From positions 7,609 through 71,608 of the forward strand of contig JAZLLI010000037.1 in NCBI GenBank assembly GCA_045598085.1: a stretch of 64,000 bases of DNA. Reading direction: 5' to 3'. The DNA is from Acutalibacteraceae bacterium (GTDB lineage: Bacteria; Bacillota; Clostridia; Oscillospirales; Acutalibacteraceae). Numbering within the stretch: the stretch's first letter is position 1; every line of letters starts with the position of its first letter. The notes beneath the pieces are model-generated. The model did no database searches and was not told the DNA's origin. It saw nothing but the letters and a program-made list of their open reading frames with translations. Below, in pieces: positions 26,555 to 35,751 of this stretch. The translations under genes and the position numbers were made by a program.

Positions 26555-26562
26555 TTTGCACC

Positions 26563-27603
26563 TCACAGCTTTCTGATGTAATACTTGCATCCGCCCTCAA
26601 AATAATCGGGTCGGCGCATAGCATCAACACCTAATAAATCAATAAGCTTCACTGTGTAGGTGTGGATTGAGCCATCCTCAAAAAGGTCAATAACTCTGCC
26701 GCCACGCAAATCATCATGGCAGGACATATTGTAGCCTAAAGCCGCATCCTGCGCCATGGTTATTCCGCAGTATTCACCCTGCAAATCGCAAAGATGCTCA
26801 TGACCGAAGAAAATGCCCTTTACATCGCCCCTTTGCAGGCAGGCGGCAAAAAGGCCGAAATTCACTTCTGAGCAACCGAGAGTTTCTCTTTTTGAGCCGA
26901 TTGCACCGCACTGCTCGGGATTCCTTGCAATGTGGACAAATTCGGGCAGCGGAATGTGCATAAACATAACCGCAGGGATTTTTTTGCCCTCTTTTTGCTC
27001 TGCTTTTTTTGAGGTGTTGTAATACCACATAACCTGCTCAAAGGTTGGCATTGCGCCCTTTTCGCCCTCATTAAAATGCTCGGGCAAAACAAACCTTGTG
27101 TTTTTATCAAGAGAGAATTTTTCGATTAAATCCACAACTTCTCTGTGAGAATCAAGAGCGAAAATATTAAAGGCAGTGCCCTCACCTTTTGAGGAAAAGA
27201 TGGGTATGCAGTAATTTCCCACACCGTCAATATCTTCCTGACAATTTTCATTAAGGCAACCGTTTATGGATTCATAAACCTGCTCTTCATCTGAAATATC
27301 AAGACCCATTTCTCTATCGTGATTACCAAAAACGGCAGACCACGGGAGATTTCTTGAAATCACAGGCAAAAGAATAGCTTCAAACTTTTCTTTTGCCTCG
27401 GCTTTGGTTGTGGCTTCAATGCACTGGTCGCCACCGATAAAAACAAAATCGGGGTTCGTTTCTGCTATAAGAGCCTCCAGCCCTCTGACAACTTTATAGT
27501 CATAATCCTCTTTAAGCTTATTATTTTTTCCAAGGTGGAAGTCAGAAACCATAAGGATTCTGAACTTGCCGTTTTCATTAAAGCGCAGAGTTTGCTTTTT
27601 CAT
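26563..27603 (-). CDS. Metallophosphoesterase (calcineurin-like), cytoplasmic, paralog A
   Basis: Motifs SDFH, GGDQ, GNHDRE, MHIPL, GHEH. No signal peptide. Confidence 0.8.
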   Translation of the reverse strand: MKKQTLRFNENGKFRILMVSDFHLGKNNKLKEDYDYKVVRGLEALIAETNPDFVFIGGDQCIEATTKAEAKEKFEAILLPVISRNLPWSAVFGNHDREMGLDISDEEQVYESINGCLNENCQEDIDGVGNYCIPIFSSKGEGTAFNIFALDSHREVVDLIEKFSLDKNTRFVLPEHFNEGEKGAMPTFEQVMWYYNTSKKAEQKEGKKIPAVMFMHIPLPEFVHIARNPEQCGAIGSKRETLGCSEVNFGLFAACLQRGDVKGIFFGHEHLCDLQGEYCGITMAQDAALGYNMSCHDDLRGGRVIDLFEDGSIHTYTVKLIDLLGVDAMRRPDYFEGGCKYYIRKL

Positions 27604-27616
27604 AAAAAACCTCTTA

Positions 27617-28798
27617 TCAGAATGTTGAGCTCATATCCTGCTGAGTCTGCTCACGGACAACCTTTTCAAACTTTGAATTTTTGATTTTTTCCTGAAGCAT
27701 CTCATAATAAAGATCCTCGTCAAAGGGAATTTCAATATCTTTTTTGAGCCAGCTTGAAAGGAAAGCGGCATTAGAAATTGTAAGTCCGTTAATGCCCTCG
27801 GGACCCTCGGCAACAAGAGGCTCACCTCTTAAAATATGAGCGGCAAAGGCATTGAGAACGCCCTCGTGCTGATTATTTTTGCCGTCTGTTTCAATCTCTG
27901 TCCACTTGCCAACGGGCTTGTCAAATCCGCCCTCGGCTGTTTCAGAAAACTCTGTAAGGCCTTTTTCAAGCTCGAATACTTTAATAACAAATCTCTTTTC
28001 AATAAGGTCATATTCGCAAAGGACTTTTGCCTTATCCATTGTGATTTCAAGGCGGTTAGCACCAGGGAAATCGCCTGTTGATGTGATGAATGTGCCTGTT
28101 GCTCCGTTAGGATATTCAACATAAATTGTAACATCATCCTCAACCTCGATGTTGTGCCATTTGCCCTCGTGGCATACGGCTCTTACCTTATTGGGCATAC
28201 CGCAAATCCACTGCCATAAGTCAAGCTGATGGGGGCACTGATTGAGCATAACTCCGCCGCCTTCGCCTGCCCATGTGGCACGCCATGAACCTGAATCATA
28301 ATATGCCTGTGTGCGGAACCAGTCTGTGATAATCCAGCTGACACGGCGCATTTCACCGTATTCACCGCTCTTAACCAGCTCACGAACCTTTCTGTAAATA
28401 CAGTTTGTGCGCTGATTGAACATCATTGCATATGTTTTATCGCTATTTTCAGAAGCGGCAATTGCCTCCCTTACCTGCTTTGTGTAAACGCCAGCAGGCT
28501 TTTCACTGAGGGCATGAAGTCCGCCTTTGAGAGCGTCAATAACCATTGGGGGATGATAATAATGAGGTGTTGCAATAACAACTGCCTCGCAAAGTCCGCT
28601 TGCAATAAGCTCGTCTGCTGTTTTGAAGCATACAACGCCAGGAACTTTTTCACGGGCATTTTCAAATCTGCGCTCATCAATATCTGCAACGCAGGTGATT
28701 TCTATTTCGGGCAAATTGCCGTTAGCATAGCTTTTAAGGTAGTTACCGCCCTGATTACCTATACCGATTATGCCAAGTTTAACTTTTCTGTCGCTCAT
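27617..28798 (-). CDS. Gfo/Idh/MocA-family NAD(P)-dependent oxidoreductase
   Basis: N-terminal Rossmann LGIIGIGNQGGNY and the EKP motif (SEKPAG). Confidence 0.8.
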   Translation of the reverse strand: MSDRKVKLGIIGIGNQGGNYLKSYANGNLPEIEITCVADIDERRFENAREKVPGVVCFKTADELIASGLCEAVVIATPHYYHPPMVIDALKGGLHALSEKPAGVYTKQVREAIAASENSDKTYAMMFNQRTNCIYRKVRELVKSGEYGEMRRVSWIITDWFRTQAYYDSGSWRATWAGEGGGVMLNQCPHQLDLWQWICGMPNKVRAVCHEGKWHNIEVEDDVTIYVEYPNGATGTFITSTGDFPGANRLEITMDKAKVLCEYDLIEKRFVIKVFELEKGLTEFSETAEGGFDKPVGKWTEIETDGKNNQHEGVLNAFAAHILRGEPLVAEGPEGINGLTISNAAFLSSWLKKDIEIPFDEDLYYEMLQEKIKNSKFEKVVREQTQQDMSSTF

Positions 28799-28811
28799 AA
28801 TTATACCTCAC

Positions 28812-29591
28812 TTATTTTTCAAGGGATTTCATAAATGCCCATGACTCTTCGCAAGCCTTGAAGGGGTCGTCATCTACCCAGTCAATATCCTGCTCAAACA
28901 TAATATAGGGGATTTCAAGCTCGCAGGCAATATCGTAGCAAGCCTTAAGGTCAACAAGACCTTTGCCAAGTGAAACGAATTTGCGGTAGCCGTTCTCATC
29001 AATAATATAATCTTTAAAATGAAGAACCTTAACTCTGCCTTTCATTCTCTTGAGAATTTCAACAGGGTCATTGTCGCCATAGTGAATCCATGCAACATCG
29101 GGGATGAAATGGAAAGTATCCTTATCGGTGTTTTCAATAAGCATATCCATAAGGGTGCATGCCTTATCGCCAAGCTTGAAAAATTCAAAAGCGTGGTTAT
29201 GATAGTTGAATGTCATGCCGTTCTCTTTAAGAACCTTGCCGATTTCAGTTGCTTTATCAATAAACTCCTGAACTCTCTTTGAATTTTCACGGTTTTCGCC
29301 AGGGCATGAGCCTAAGCCGAGAGCATCACAATCAATGATTTTATGCTCTTTAATAAGGCCCTCAAGGTCTTCGTTCATTCTGTCAAAGCTCTTGTGAGTT
29401 ACGCACACCTTCATGTTGTGCTTGTCAAGAATTTCTTTCTGTGTTTCAGCGGGAATATCGCCGATAGCAGAAATCTGAACATCTGTAACGCCCATTTTTT
29501 CAAGTCTTTCAAGGGTTTTATCAAAATCCTCTGCTGTTTTAATATAATCACGCAGAGTATAAAGCTGAATACCCATAATTGGTTTTTTCAT
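28812..29591 (-). CDS. Sugar phosphate isomerase/epimerase (xylose isomerase-like TIM barrel)
   Basis: 259 aa. GIQLYTLRD start and a HNHAFEF-type metal site. Confidence 0.75.
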   Translation of the reverse strand: MKKPIMGIQLYTLRDYIKTAEDFDKTLERLEKMGVTDVQISAIGDIPAETQKEILDKHNMKVCVTHKSFDRMNEDLEGLIKEHKIIDCDALGLGSCPGENRENSKRVQEFIDKATEIGKVLKENGMTFNYHNHAFEFFKLGDKACTLMDMLIENTDKDTFHFIPDVAWIHYGDNDPVEILKRMKGRVKVLHFKDYIIDENGYRKFVSLGKGLVDLKACYDIACELEIPYIMFEQDIDWVDDDPFKACEESWAFMKSLEK

Positions 29592-29626
29592 AAAAAATAC
29601 CTCTTTCTATTGTTTATATTTTTAAA

Positions 29627-30502
29627 TCAGATTGATTTAAGATAGCTGTCAAATGCGCTTAAAAGTCTGTCATTTCGTTTGCCGTTATCATCAGGGTCGG
29701 AGCAACCGTGCCATGCGGCGGCAACTCTTTTTTCTGGTGAAAAAGCAATGCACTGACCTCTTGCGCCTGTTTTGAGGAATATACCTGTATCTCTGAACTG
29801 GGTGCAGGCAAAGTCCTCTTTTTTGGCTTTTTCAATCCACTCACATGAAATGATTTTTTTGCCATTATAAACCCCTTCGCAGGCATATGCAAGACCTAAT
29901 TTTGCTGAATCTTCTGAACGGGAAAAAAATCCGCCGCCACAGATGGGATAACCCTCTGGGCAGGTTGCCATTGCCCACTGTGCAAATGAAAGAGGTTTAA
30001 AAATATTTTCACGCATAAAAATTATTGCATTCATGCCACTTACCTTGCTGACTATTCTGCCAAGAAGATAATAGGCGGCATCTGAATATTTATAAAACTC
30101 GCCTGTTTTTTGCTCAATTTTTAAAGAGAAAACATACTTTAAAAAGTCATCACCGATTTTTTCAATATCGCTGTCTTCATCAACACCGTATGGAATATTT
30201 TCCATACCTGTTTTATGCGTAAGAATATCTTTTACAGTTACATTGTTCCAGCGTTCATCAAGGGTATCGCCCATCTCTTCTTTTGTGAAGAATTTTGTTG
30301 CTTTATCGTCAATGGACATCAGCCCTCTGTCGCAAAGAATACCTATTGCTGTAGCCACAAAAAGCTTTGTTGTTGAATGACCGTTATTAGCATTGTGGCT
30401 AACGGGATTTTTCCATCTCTGAACGTTGTTTTCATCCATAATCACAGCGTCATACATAGGCGCAGTTTCTTTCATCACAGCATCAAAAAATACATTTGAC
30501 AT
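29627..30502 (-). CDS. Serine hydrolase, beta-lactamase/esterase family
   Basis: SxxK motif STTK, then YSDAAY. No signal peptide. Confidence 0.65.
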   Translation of the reverse strand: MSNVFFDAVMKETAPMYDAVIMDENNVQRWKNPVSHNANNGHSTTKLFVATAIGILCDRGLMSIDDKATKFFTKEEMGDTLDERWNNVTVKDILTHKTGMENIPYGVDEDSDIEKIGDDFLKYVFSLKIEQKTGEFYKYSDAAYYLLGRIVSKVSGMNAIIFMRENIFKPLSFAQWAMATCPEGYPICGGGFFSRSEDSAKLGLAYACEGVYNGKKIISCEWIEKAKKEDFACTQFRDTGIFLKTGARGQCIAFSPEKRVAAAWHGCSDPDDNGKRNDRLLSAFDSYLKSI

Positions 30503-31525
30503 TTATTTTCTCTCCTCTTCGCCAGGATAATTTTCAACGCAATCGGCTGAATAGATCATATATGTTTTTACATTCCACGGGTCGGCTTCGTCAACATCAA
30601 CTATTCTGCCGCCACGGAGGTCATCATCACAATAGCAGTCATAGTTAAGTCCTGCATCATATGCCATTTTAATGCCGCAATATGTGCCCTCATAATCGTT
30701 AATATGGTCATGACCGCAGATGAATGTTTTAACATCGCCCCTTTGAACAAGTGTAGAAAACATACCTGAATTTATCATATTGCATCCGCAATGCTCCCGC
30801 CTGTTGCCACGGTAAACTGTCTGCGCAACATTCTTATAAAGGAGGATGTATTCGGGCAAAGGCATATGACTGACCATAAGGGCAGGGATTTTTCTTCCCT
30901 CATGCTCCTCAAGCTCTTTTGAAGAATTCCAATACCACATAAGCTGGTCAAAGCGGAAAGTATCGTAATGAGAATCAAGTGAAAAATTATCGGGGAGGAA
31001 AAGCCACCATCTGTCTTTTTGCAAGCCAAATTCATCGGCAAAATCCCCTGCGCCATCGTGAGAGTCAAGTCCCCACACATTATAGACGATTCTTTCGCCG
31101 TCTGTGCTTCTGACAGGCAAAACGAAATTGCCCACACCGCTCACATCTTCCGGTCCTCTTTTTGAAAGGCAATACTCAAACTGCTCATAGATTTTTTGCT
31201 GAACCTCGTTTGATATGCCCTTTTCATCGTCATGACCGCCAAAAACGTGCGCCCACGGGATTTTTCTATCTTCAATGCAAGGGATAACCTCTTTTAAAAA
31301 TGCGGTTATGCTTTCAACAGATTCTGCCGCATCACGCCACACAGTGTCGCCTAAAATAAGCACAAGGTCTGGCTTTGAAGCGTCAAGAAGTGCAGATAAA
31401 TCCCTTGTTAAACGGCGGTCAAAATTCACAATACCGTGGAAATCTGAAAGGCATAAAATTCTGAATTTGCCGTTTTTAAAACGGAGTTCTTTTTTTAAAT
31501 ATAAATTATTTTCAAGCTCTGACAT
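30503..31525 (-). CDS. Metallophosphoesterase, cytoplasmic, paralog B (GNHD motif altered to GGHD)
   Basis: SDFH, LGDT, FGGHDDE, SHMPL, GHDH. Alignable along its length with paralog A. Confidence 0.75.
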   Translation of the reverse strand: MSELENNLYLKKELRFKNGKFRILCLSDFHGIVNFDRRLTRDLSALLDASKPDLVLILGDTVWRDAAESVESITAFLKEVIPCIEDRKIPWAHVFGGHDDEKGISNEVQQKIYEQFEYCLSKRGPEDVSGVGNFVLPVRSTDGERIVYNVWGLDSHDGAGDFADEFGLQKDRWWLFLPDNFSLDSHYDTFRFDQLMWYWNSSKELEEHEGRKIPALMVSHMPLPEYILLYKNVAQTVYRGNRREHCGCNMINSGMFSTLVQRGDVKTFICGHDHINDYEGTYCGIKMAYDAGLNYDCYCDDDLRGGRIVDVDEADPWNVKTYMIYSADCVENYPGEEERK

Positions 31526-31537
31526 ATTCTGCTCCGA

Positions 31538-32761
31538 TTATTTTATTTTTGCAAGCGCCTCTTTAACGGCATAGTAAGACGGCTTCGGCTCGCCTTTAGA
31601 TGTTACAAGTCCCCAACGTGTTTCAATGGGGCAATCTTCCTGACCGCAGATGTAGCAACTTTTGCTATCTGAATAGCAATAAATTGTTGCACCTGCAACG
31701 CATTTCTTTTTATAAAATCTTGCAAAAATATCTTTATAAAATTTTGCCTGACCCTCGGGGGTGTGGTCGTAGCCGGGGATTTTTGTAATCCACGGCATTT
31801 CTCTGTAAAAATGGTTTGTAATATCGCTTTTAAAAATCAGATTAAAATATCTGCTTTCGTTATTTTCGCAAACCTTTTTGGTGTGCTCTTTAAGGCTCTT
31901 GGGAAGCTTCTCAACCAAAGAAGTGATTTTTTCTTTTGCTTCTTTTTCACTGCTGACACCATAGGATTTAAGAATATCAATTTTTTCTTTTTTAGTTTTT
32001 GGCTTGCCGCCGCTCATATAGCCAAACTCCTGAATAAGCACAGGCTTTTTAGTCATTGCCCACACATAGCGGATAAGTGCATCAAAAATCCACATGAACC
32101 CTGGGAAAGAATCAAAGCATCCAAGGTAAATATCAATACCAACATAGTCGCAATATTTAACATACGGCAACAGCTTGCAGTGCAAATCTGCCTGCGGACC
32201 TGCGGAGTTATAGCCAACAATTATATCGCCCTTGTGGGGGTAAACCGCTTCAAGCTGAACGCCGATAAACTCTGCCGCTTCATTCATATTAAGTGGAAGC
32301 GTAAAATGAGGCATACCCATTTCGTTGGTTATCTGAAATCCTGAAACACAGTTTTTCAAATCATCAATAAGAAATTTTGCAACTTCTTTTACTTTTTCTT
32401 TGCCATCGGCATTTCGGATATCTGCACCGTATTCAATGTAATCATCGGGGTAAGGAGTAACAGCCATAACCTTTATGCCGTTTTGCTCATAGCCCAACGC
32501 TCTTTCTTTAAAAGAAAGATAGTGGGTGCTTAAGTTTCCGTCTTTATCAAACGGGAAAGGAATATCAAACCTTACCCAGCCGATATTTGCGCCCTTAATC
32601 TGCTCATAATTTTCATTAGGATGGCACACTCCGCAGATAAAGCCTTTCTTGCGAAAGGCTTCTGTTTCATCGTTTGAGCTTGCCATAAAGAATGATTTAA
32701 TCAGATTTTTAGGGAGATATTTGAGTCCGTATTTTATCTGTTCTTTAACAAAAGGTTCCAT
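31538..32761 (-). CDS. Putative clan GH-A (TIM-barrel) glycoside hydrolase-like protein
   Basis: ITNEMG (candidate acid/base NE) and LIQEFGY (candidate nucleophile). No signal peptide. Family not recognised. Confidence 0.4.
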   Translation of the reverse strand: MEPFVKEQIKYGLKYLPKNLIKSFFMASSNDETEAFRKKGFICGVCHPNENYEQIKGANIGWVRFDIPFPFDKDGNLSTHYLSFKERALGYEQNGIKVMAVTPYPDDYIEYGADIRNADGKEKVKEVAKFLIDDLKNCVSGFQITNEMGMPHFTLPLNMNEAAEFIGVQLEAVYPHKGDIIVGYNSAGPQADLHCKLLPYVKYCDYVGIDIYLGCFDSFPGFMWIFDALIRYVWAMTKKPVLIQEFGYMSGGKPKTKKEKIDILKSYGVSSEKEAKEKITSLVEKLPKSLKEHTKKVCENNESRYFNLIFKSDITNHFYREMPWITKIPGYDHTPEGQAKFYKDIFARFYKKKCVAGATIYCYSDSKSCYICGQEDCPIETRWGLVTSKGEPKPSYYAVKEALAKIK

Positions 32762-32764
32762 AAA

Positions 32765-34372
32765 TCACTGCTCGCTTTCAAGCATTTCTGACATTTCGTC
32801 AATCATTTCGTTCATCTGTTCGTTTTCCTGTTCTTTTGCAACAAGAGCTCTGCGCTCATTAAGTGCAATATACATTCTTTCTCTCTTCTCGCCCTCAAGG
32901 TCATAGAAGATATAAGGAATCATTCTGATAATGCTGGGGATAATCTTGATTCCTGTGAACAGGAAAAATACCTTTTGGTAGATTAGCTTACTCCCCTGAG
33001 ACCACGGCAGCATTGGAATTGTGGCATCATAACCAGACCACTTGAAGAGCACGATTGTAAGAACAGCGTTGATAGGCTGTGTTACCTTTTTAATGAGGTC
33101 GGTAAGGATATTAACCGTACCGTCAGGACGCTCGCCTGTAACATATTCTGTATAATCGTTGATTTCTCTTCTCAGCTCTGCTTCAAATACATTTGCAGGG
33201 CCGTTATTAAGTCCGTTCAAGCCATAGAAAATTGCATAAATTGCGATAATCGCCCACTTGTTATCAACAAGGTTCCAGCCTAATGCAACCATACCAACAA
33301 CGCTGAAAATATCCCATATTCTAAGGGCAACAACAGCACGCTTGTTGTTATTCTTAAACAGCTTCTGGAATGAAGGGATAAATGCAACACTCAGGGTGTT
33401 GAAAATATTGTTTGGCAAATATGCAATGAATGAGGGAATTGAACCGCCAAAAATTTCTTGCTGAGTAACAACATCCCATGAGTATCCGCCATCGCTCCAC
33501 CAGCTTACAGAGAAATCTGCAATGAAGTTGCGAAGTGCATATTTGTTTTTGAGAACATAGAAAATTGACTTTGAAACAGGTGCAGGCTTTGGCTGAAGAA
33601 CGATTCTTTCACGGCAGCCGATTGCCATTGCGATGTTACTTGTGCAGCCGATAATTGCGCTGACAGTTGCAAGCACCATATAAAGTGTTGAAAGGTCAAA
33701 GTCGATATAGCCCTTATTGTTGAGCTCCATAAGGGGCGGGAAAATAAGATAAATCAGCTGTGAACCAAGCTCGCCGATATACTCAACAAGGAGGCCGACA
33801 GTGATTCTGTCTTTGGGGTTGGCACTTTGAAGTGTTACAAGGTTATCTCTGGGAATAGTGTAGATAGTCGAGAATGTTTCCTGCACAAATAGCATGACGA
33901 AAACGAAAACTATCTTTTTAGGGTCATTACCAGAGGAATTGCCAAGGAACATGGCACCCGAATACAGCATTGCCGTGCTCAGGAAATAGGGAACGGCAGT
34001 GAACATGATGTATGGTCTTGATTTACCCCAGCGGGTACGGGTTTTATCATAAACGGCACCCATAAGAGGGTTATTGAGCACGTCGTAAATGCTGATAAGT
34101 GCAAGAATAGCTGTAACATAAACCATATCTATTTTAAGAACATTTACGAAATAGAGCGTTCTGTAAAGTCCGATACTCCAAGTCATTTTTGTAGCAAACT
34201 GACCAACGGCAGGGAGCATCATTTCTTTTGTAGAAAGAACGCTGGTGTGGAACATTTTAACAGCAATATTACTGTATTTATTCAGCTTTTTTTCGCCAAG
34301 ACTTGCGGCAGAGTTTTCTTCTGAACCGAAGACCTTTTCGGCAAAATTCTTTGTCTTTGGTTTTTCGCTCAT
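32765..34372 (-). CDS. MFS transporter, glycoside-pentoside-hexuronide (GPH) cation symporter family
   Basis: 535 aa, about 12 TM segments, DKTRTRWGKSRPY loop typical of MelB/GPH. ATGA overlap with the upstream stop. Confidence 0.75.
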   Translation of the reverse strand: MSEKPKTKNFAEKVFGSEENSAASLGEKKLNKYSNIAVKMFHTSVLSTKEMMLPAVGQFATKMTWSIGLYRTLYFVNVLKIDMVYVTAILALISIYDVLNNPLMGAVYDKTRTRWGKSRPYIMFTAVPYFLSTAMLYSGAMFLGNSSGNDPKKIVFVFVMLFVQETFSTIYTIPRDNLVTLQSANPKDRITVGLLVEYIGELGSQLIYLIFPPLMELNNKGYIDFDLSTLYMVLATVSAIIGCTSNIAMAIGCRERIVLQPKPAPVSKSIFYVLKNKYALRNFIADFSVSWWSDGGYSWDVVTQQEIFGGSIPSFIAYLPNNIFNTLSVAFIPSFQKLFKNNNKRAVVALRIWDIFSVVGMVALGWNLVDNKWAIIAIYAIFYGLNGLNNGPANVFEAELRREINDYTEYVTGERPDGTVNILTDLIKKVTQPINAVLTIVLFKWSGYDATIPMLPWSQGSKLIYQKVFFLFTGIKIIPSIIRMIPYIFYDLEGEKRERMYIALNERRALVAKEQENEQMNEMIDEMSEMLESEQ

Positions 34373-35751
34373 TTAACTCTCACCTCACAAGTAGATTTAT
34401 AAAATTCATCATCTGAAAGGACATAAACCTTAACTGTGCCCTTATTGACTGCGGTAACAACGCCGTTTTCATCAACTGTTGCAATTGATTCATCCTGCGA
34501 ATACCACTTAACTGTCTGAATAGTTGCTTTTTTAGGCGAAACATCAACGGTTAATTTCTTTGTTTCGCCCTGCTTCATATCCATCTTTTTATCTGAAATT
34601 TTAATGGATTCAACAGAATATCTTACAAACACCTTGCAGGTATCTGAATATGTTTTGCCGCCAAAATCAAATGAAGCGGTAACAGTTGCCTCGCCTGCTT
34701 CATCGCCTGCCTTGAAATATCCTTCATCATCAATGGTGAGAATATTTTCATCTGAGCTTTCCCACTTAACATCATATTTAAGCGGGTCATCACAGGTAAG
34801 TGTTGCAAGGAGGTTATCGCTCTTTTTAGGCTCAACAGTTTTCTTATTATCTGAAAGAACAACTGACGGCCATGTGAAATCGAAATAATCATCCTTTGTC
34901 ATTTTGAATGATGAGCTGAACTTGCCAGCCTTTTCAAAATCGCCCTTGAATGAAGCGTCTGCCTTAACATTCATTTCACGGCTGAACTGAAGATTGTGAA
35001 TTTCATCTGTAAGTCTGTTCACCTTAAATGCAACAGTGAGAAGCTCATAATCAATTTTAAGATTTTCAACATCCACTGTGTTTTTAACATCCTCGCCCAT
35101 TAAAGCAAGTGCATCTTTGCCCTCTTTAGGCTCGAAGTTATTTTTAAGAACATCCTCACTGTTTTTAAGAGTGAAGCTGATTGTGTATTCATCACGATAT
35201 TTTAAATTATAGGGATTTTCGTTACCGCAGGCTTCGCATTTTGTGAGAGGTTCTTCGCTCTCTTCACCGCAGGATTCACATTTATAATAAATGTAATCGC
35301 AGTTGAAATCCTCAATATCAGACGCTGAAATGTGAGGCTTTCTTAAAAGTGCATCAAAACCTTTAAAATAATCTGCCTGTGCTTTTGGTGCGTTATCGTT
35401 AAGATAATCTGTAAAAGCATCGCTTGTGTAAAGAAGTGTATCTTTAAGCTGAGATGAGCCGTCTGTTTCTAAAGTGTCGTTATCAATGTCATATTCAGAA
35501 TGGCTTTCAAAATATGGCTTCTCCTGAAGTGCCTTATCAATGCAATTTTCAAGATATTTCACAGCATCATCTTTTGTTTTGGGAGCAGGTGAAAGACTTT
35601 CAACATTTTCGCTTGGCGGCATTGTGCCCTCCATAGCAAGAACATTGTTAAGTCCCCAGATGAATCCTGCAATAAAAACAAGGACAAGGAAAACAACAAC
35701 TATAACCGTTACAACGGTTACTTTATCAGCCTTTTTCTTAGCCTTGGTCAT
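34369..35751 (-). CDS. Membrane-anchored surface protein with an internal zinc ribbon and two Big_2 domains
   Basis: ATG 35751 with GGAGGTG RBS (the track start 35934 lies inside the upstream gene). KKK-TM anchor. CESCGEESEEPLTKCEACG. Two C-terminal Ig-like Big_2 repeats (VKWESSDENILTID; VKWYSQDESIATVD). Confidence 0.65.
   Translation of the reverse strand: MTKAKKKADKVTVVTVIVVVFLVLVFIAGFIWGLNNVLAMEGTMPPSENVESLSPAPKTKDDAVKYLENCIDKALQEKPYFESHSEYDIDNDTLETDGSSQLKDTLLYTSDAFTDYLNDNAPKAQADYFKGFDALLRKPHISASDIEDFNCDYIYYKCESCGEESEEPLTKCEACGNENPYNLKYRDEYTISFTLKNSEDVLKNNFEPKEGKDALALMGEDVKNTVDVENLKIDYELLTVAFKVNRLTDEIHNLQFSREMNVKADASFKGDFEKAGKFSSSFKMTKDDYFDFTWPSVVLSDNKKTVEPKKSDNLLATLTCDDPLKYDVKWESSDENILTIDDEGYFKAGDEAGEATVTASFDFGGKTYSDTCKVFVRYSVESIKISDKKMDMKQGETKKLTVDVSPKKATIQTVKWYSQDESIATVDENGVVTAVNKGTVKVYVLSDDEFYKSTCEVRVK

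Noticed and set aside
31763-32344. 193-aa plus-strand ORF.
   Set aside because: It is antisense to the clan-A-like glycosidase gene within a tightly packed minus-strand operon. It is Phe/Lys/Ile-rich, as expected from antisense AT-rich coding DNA.
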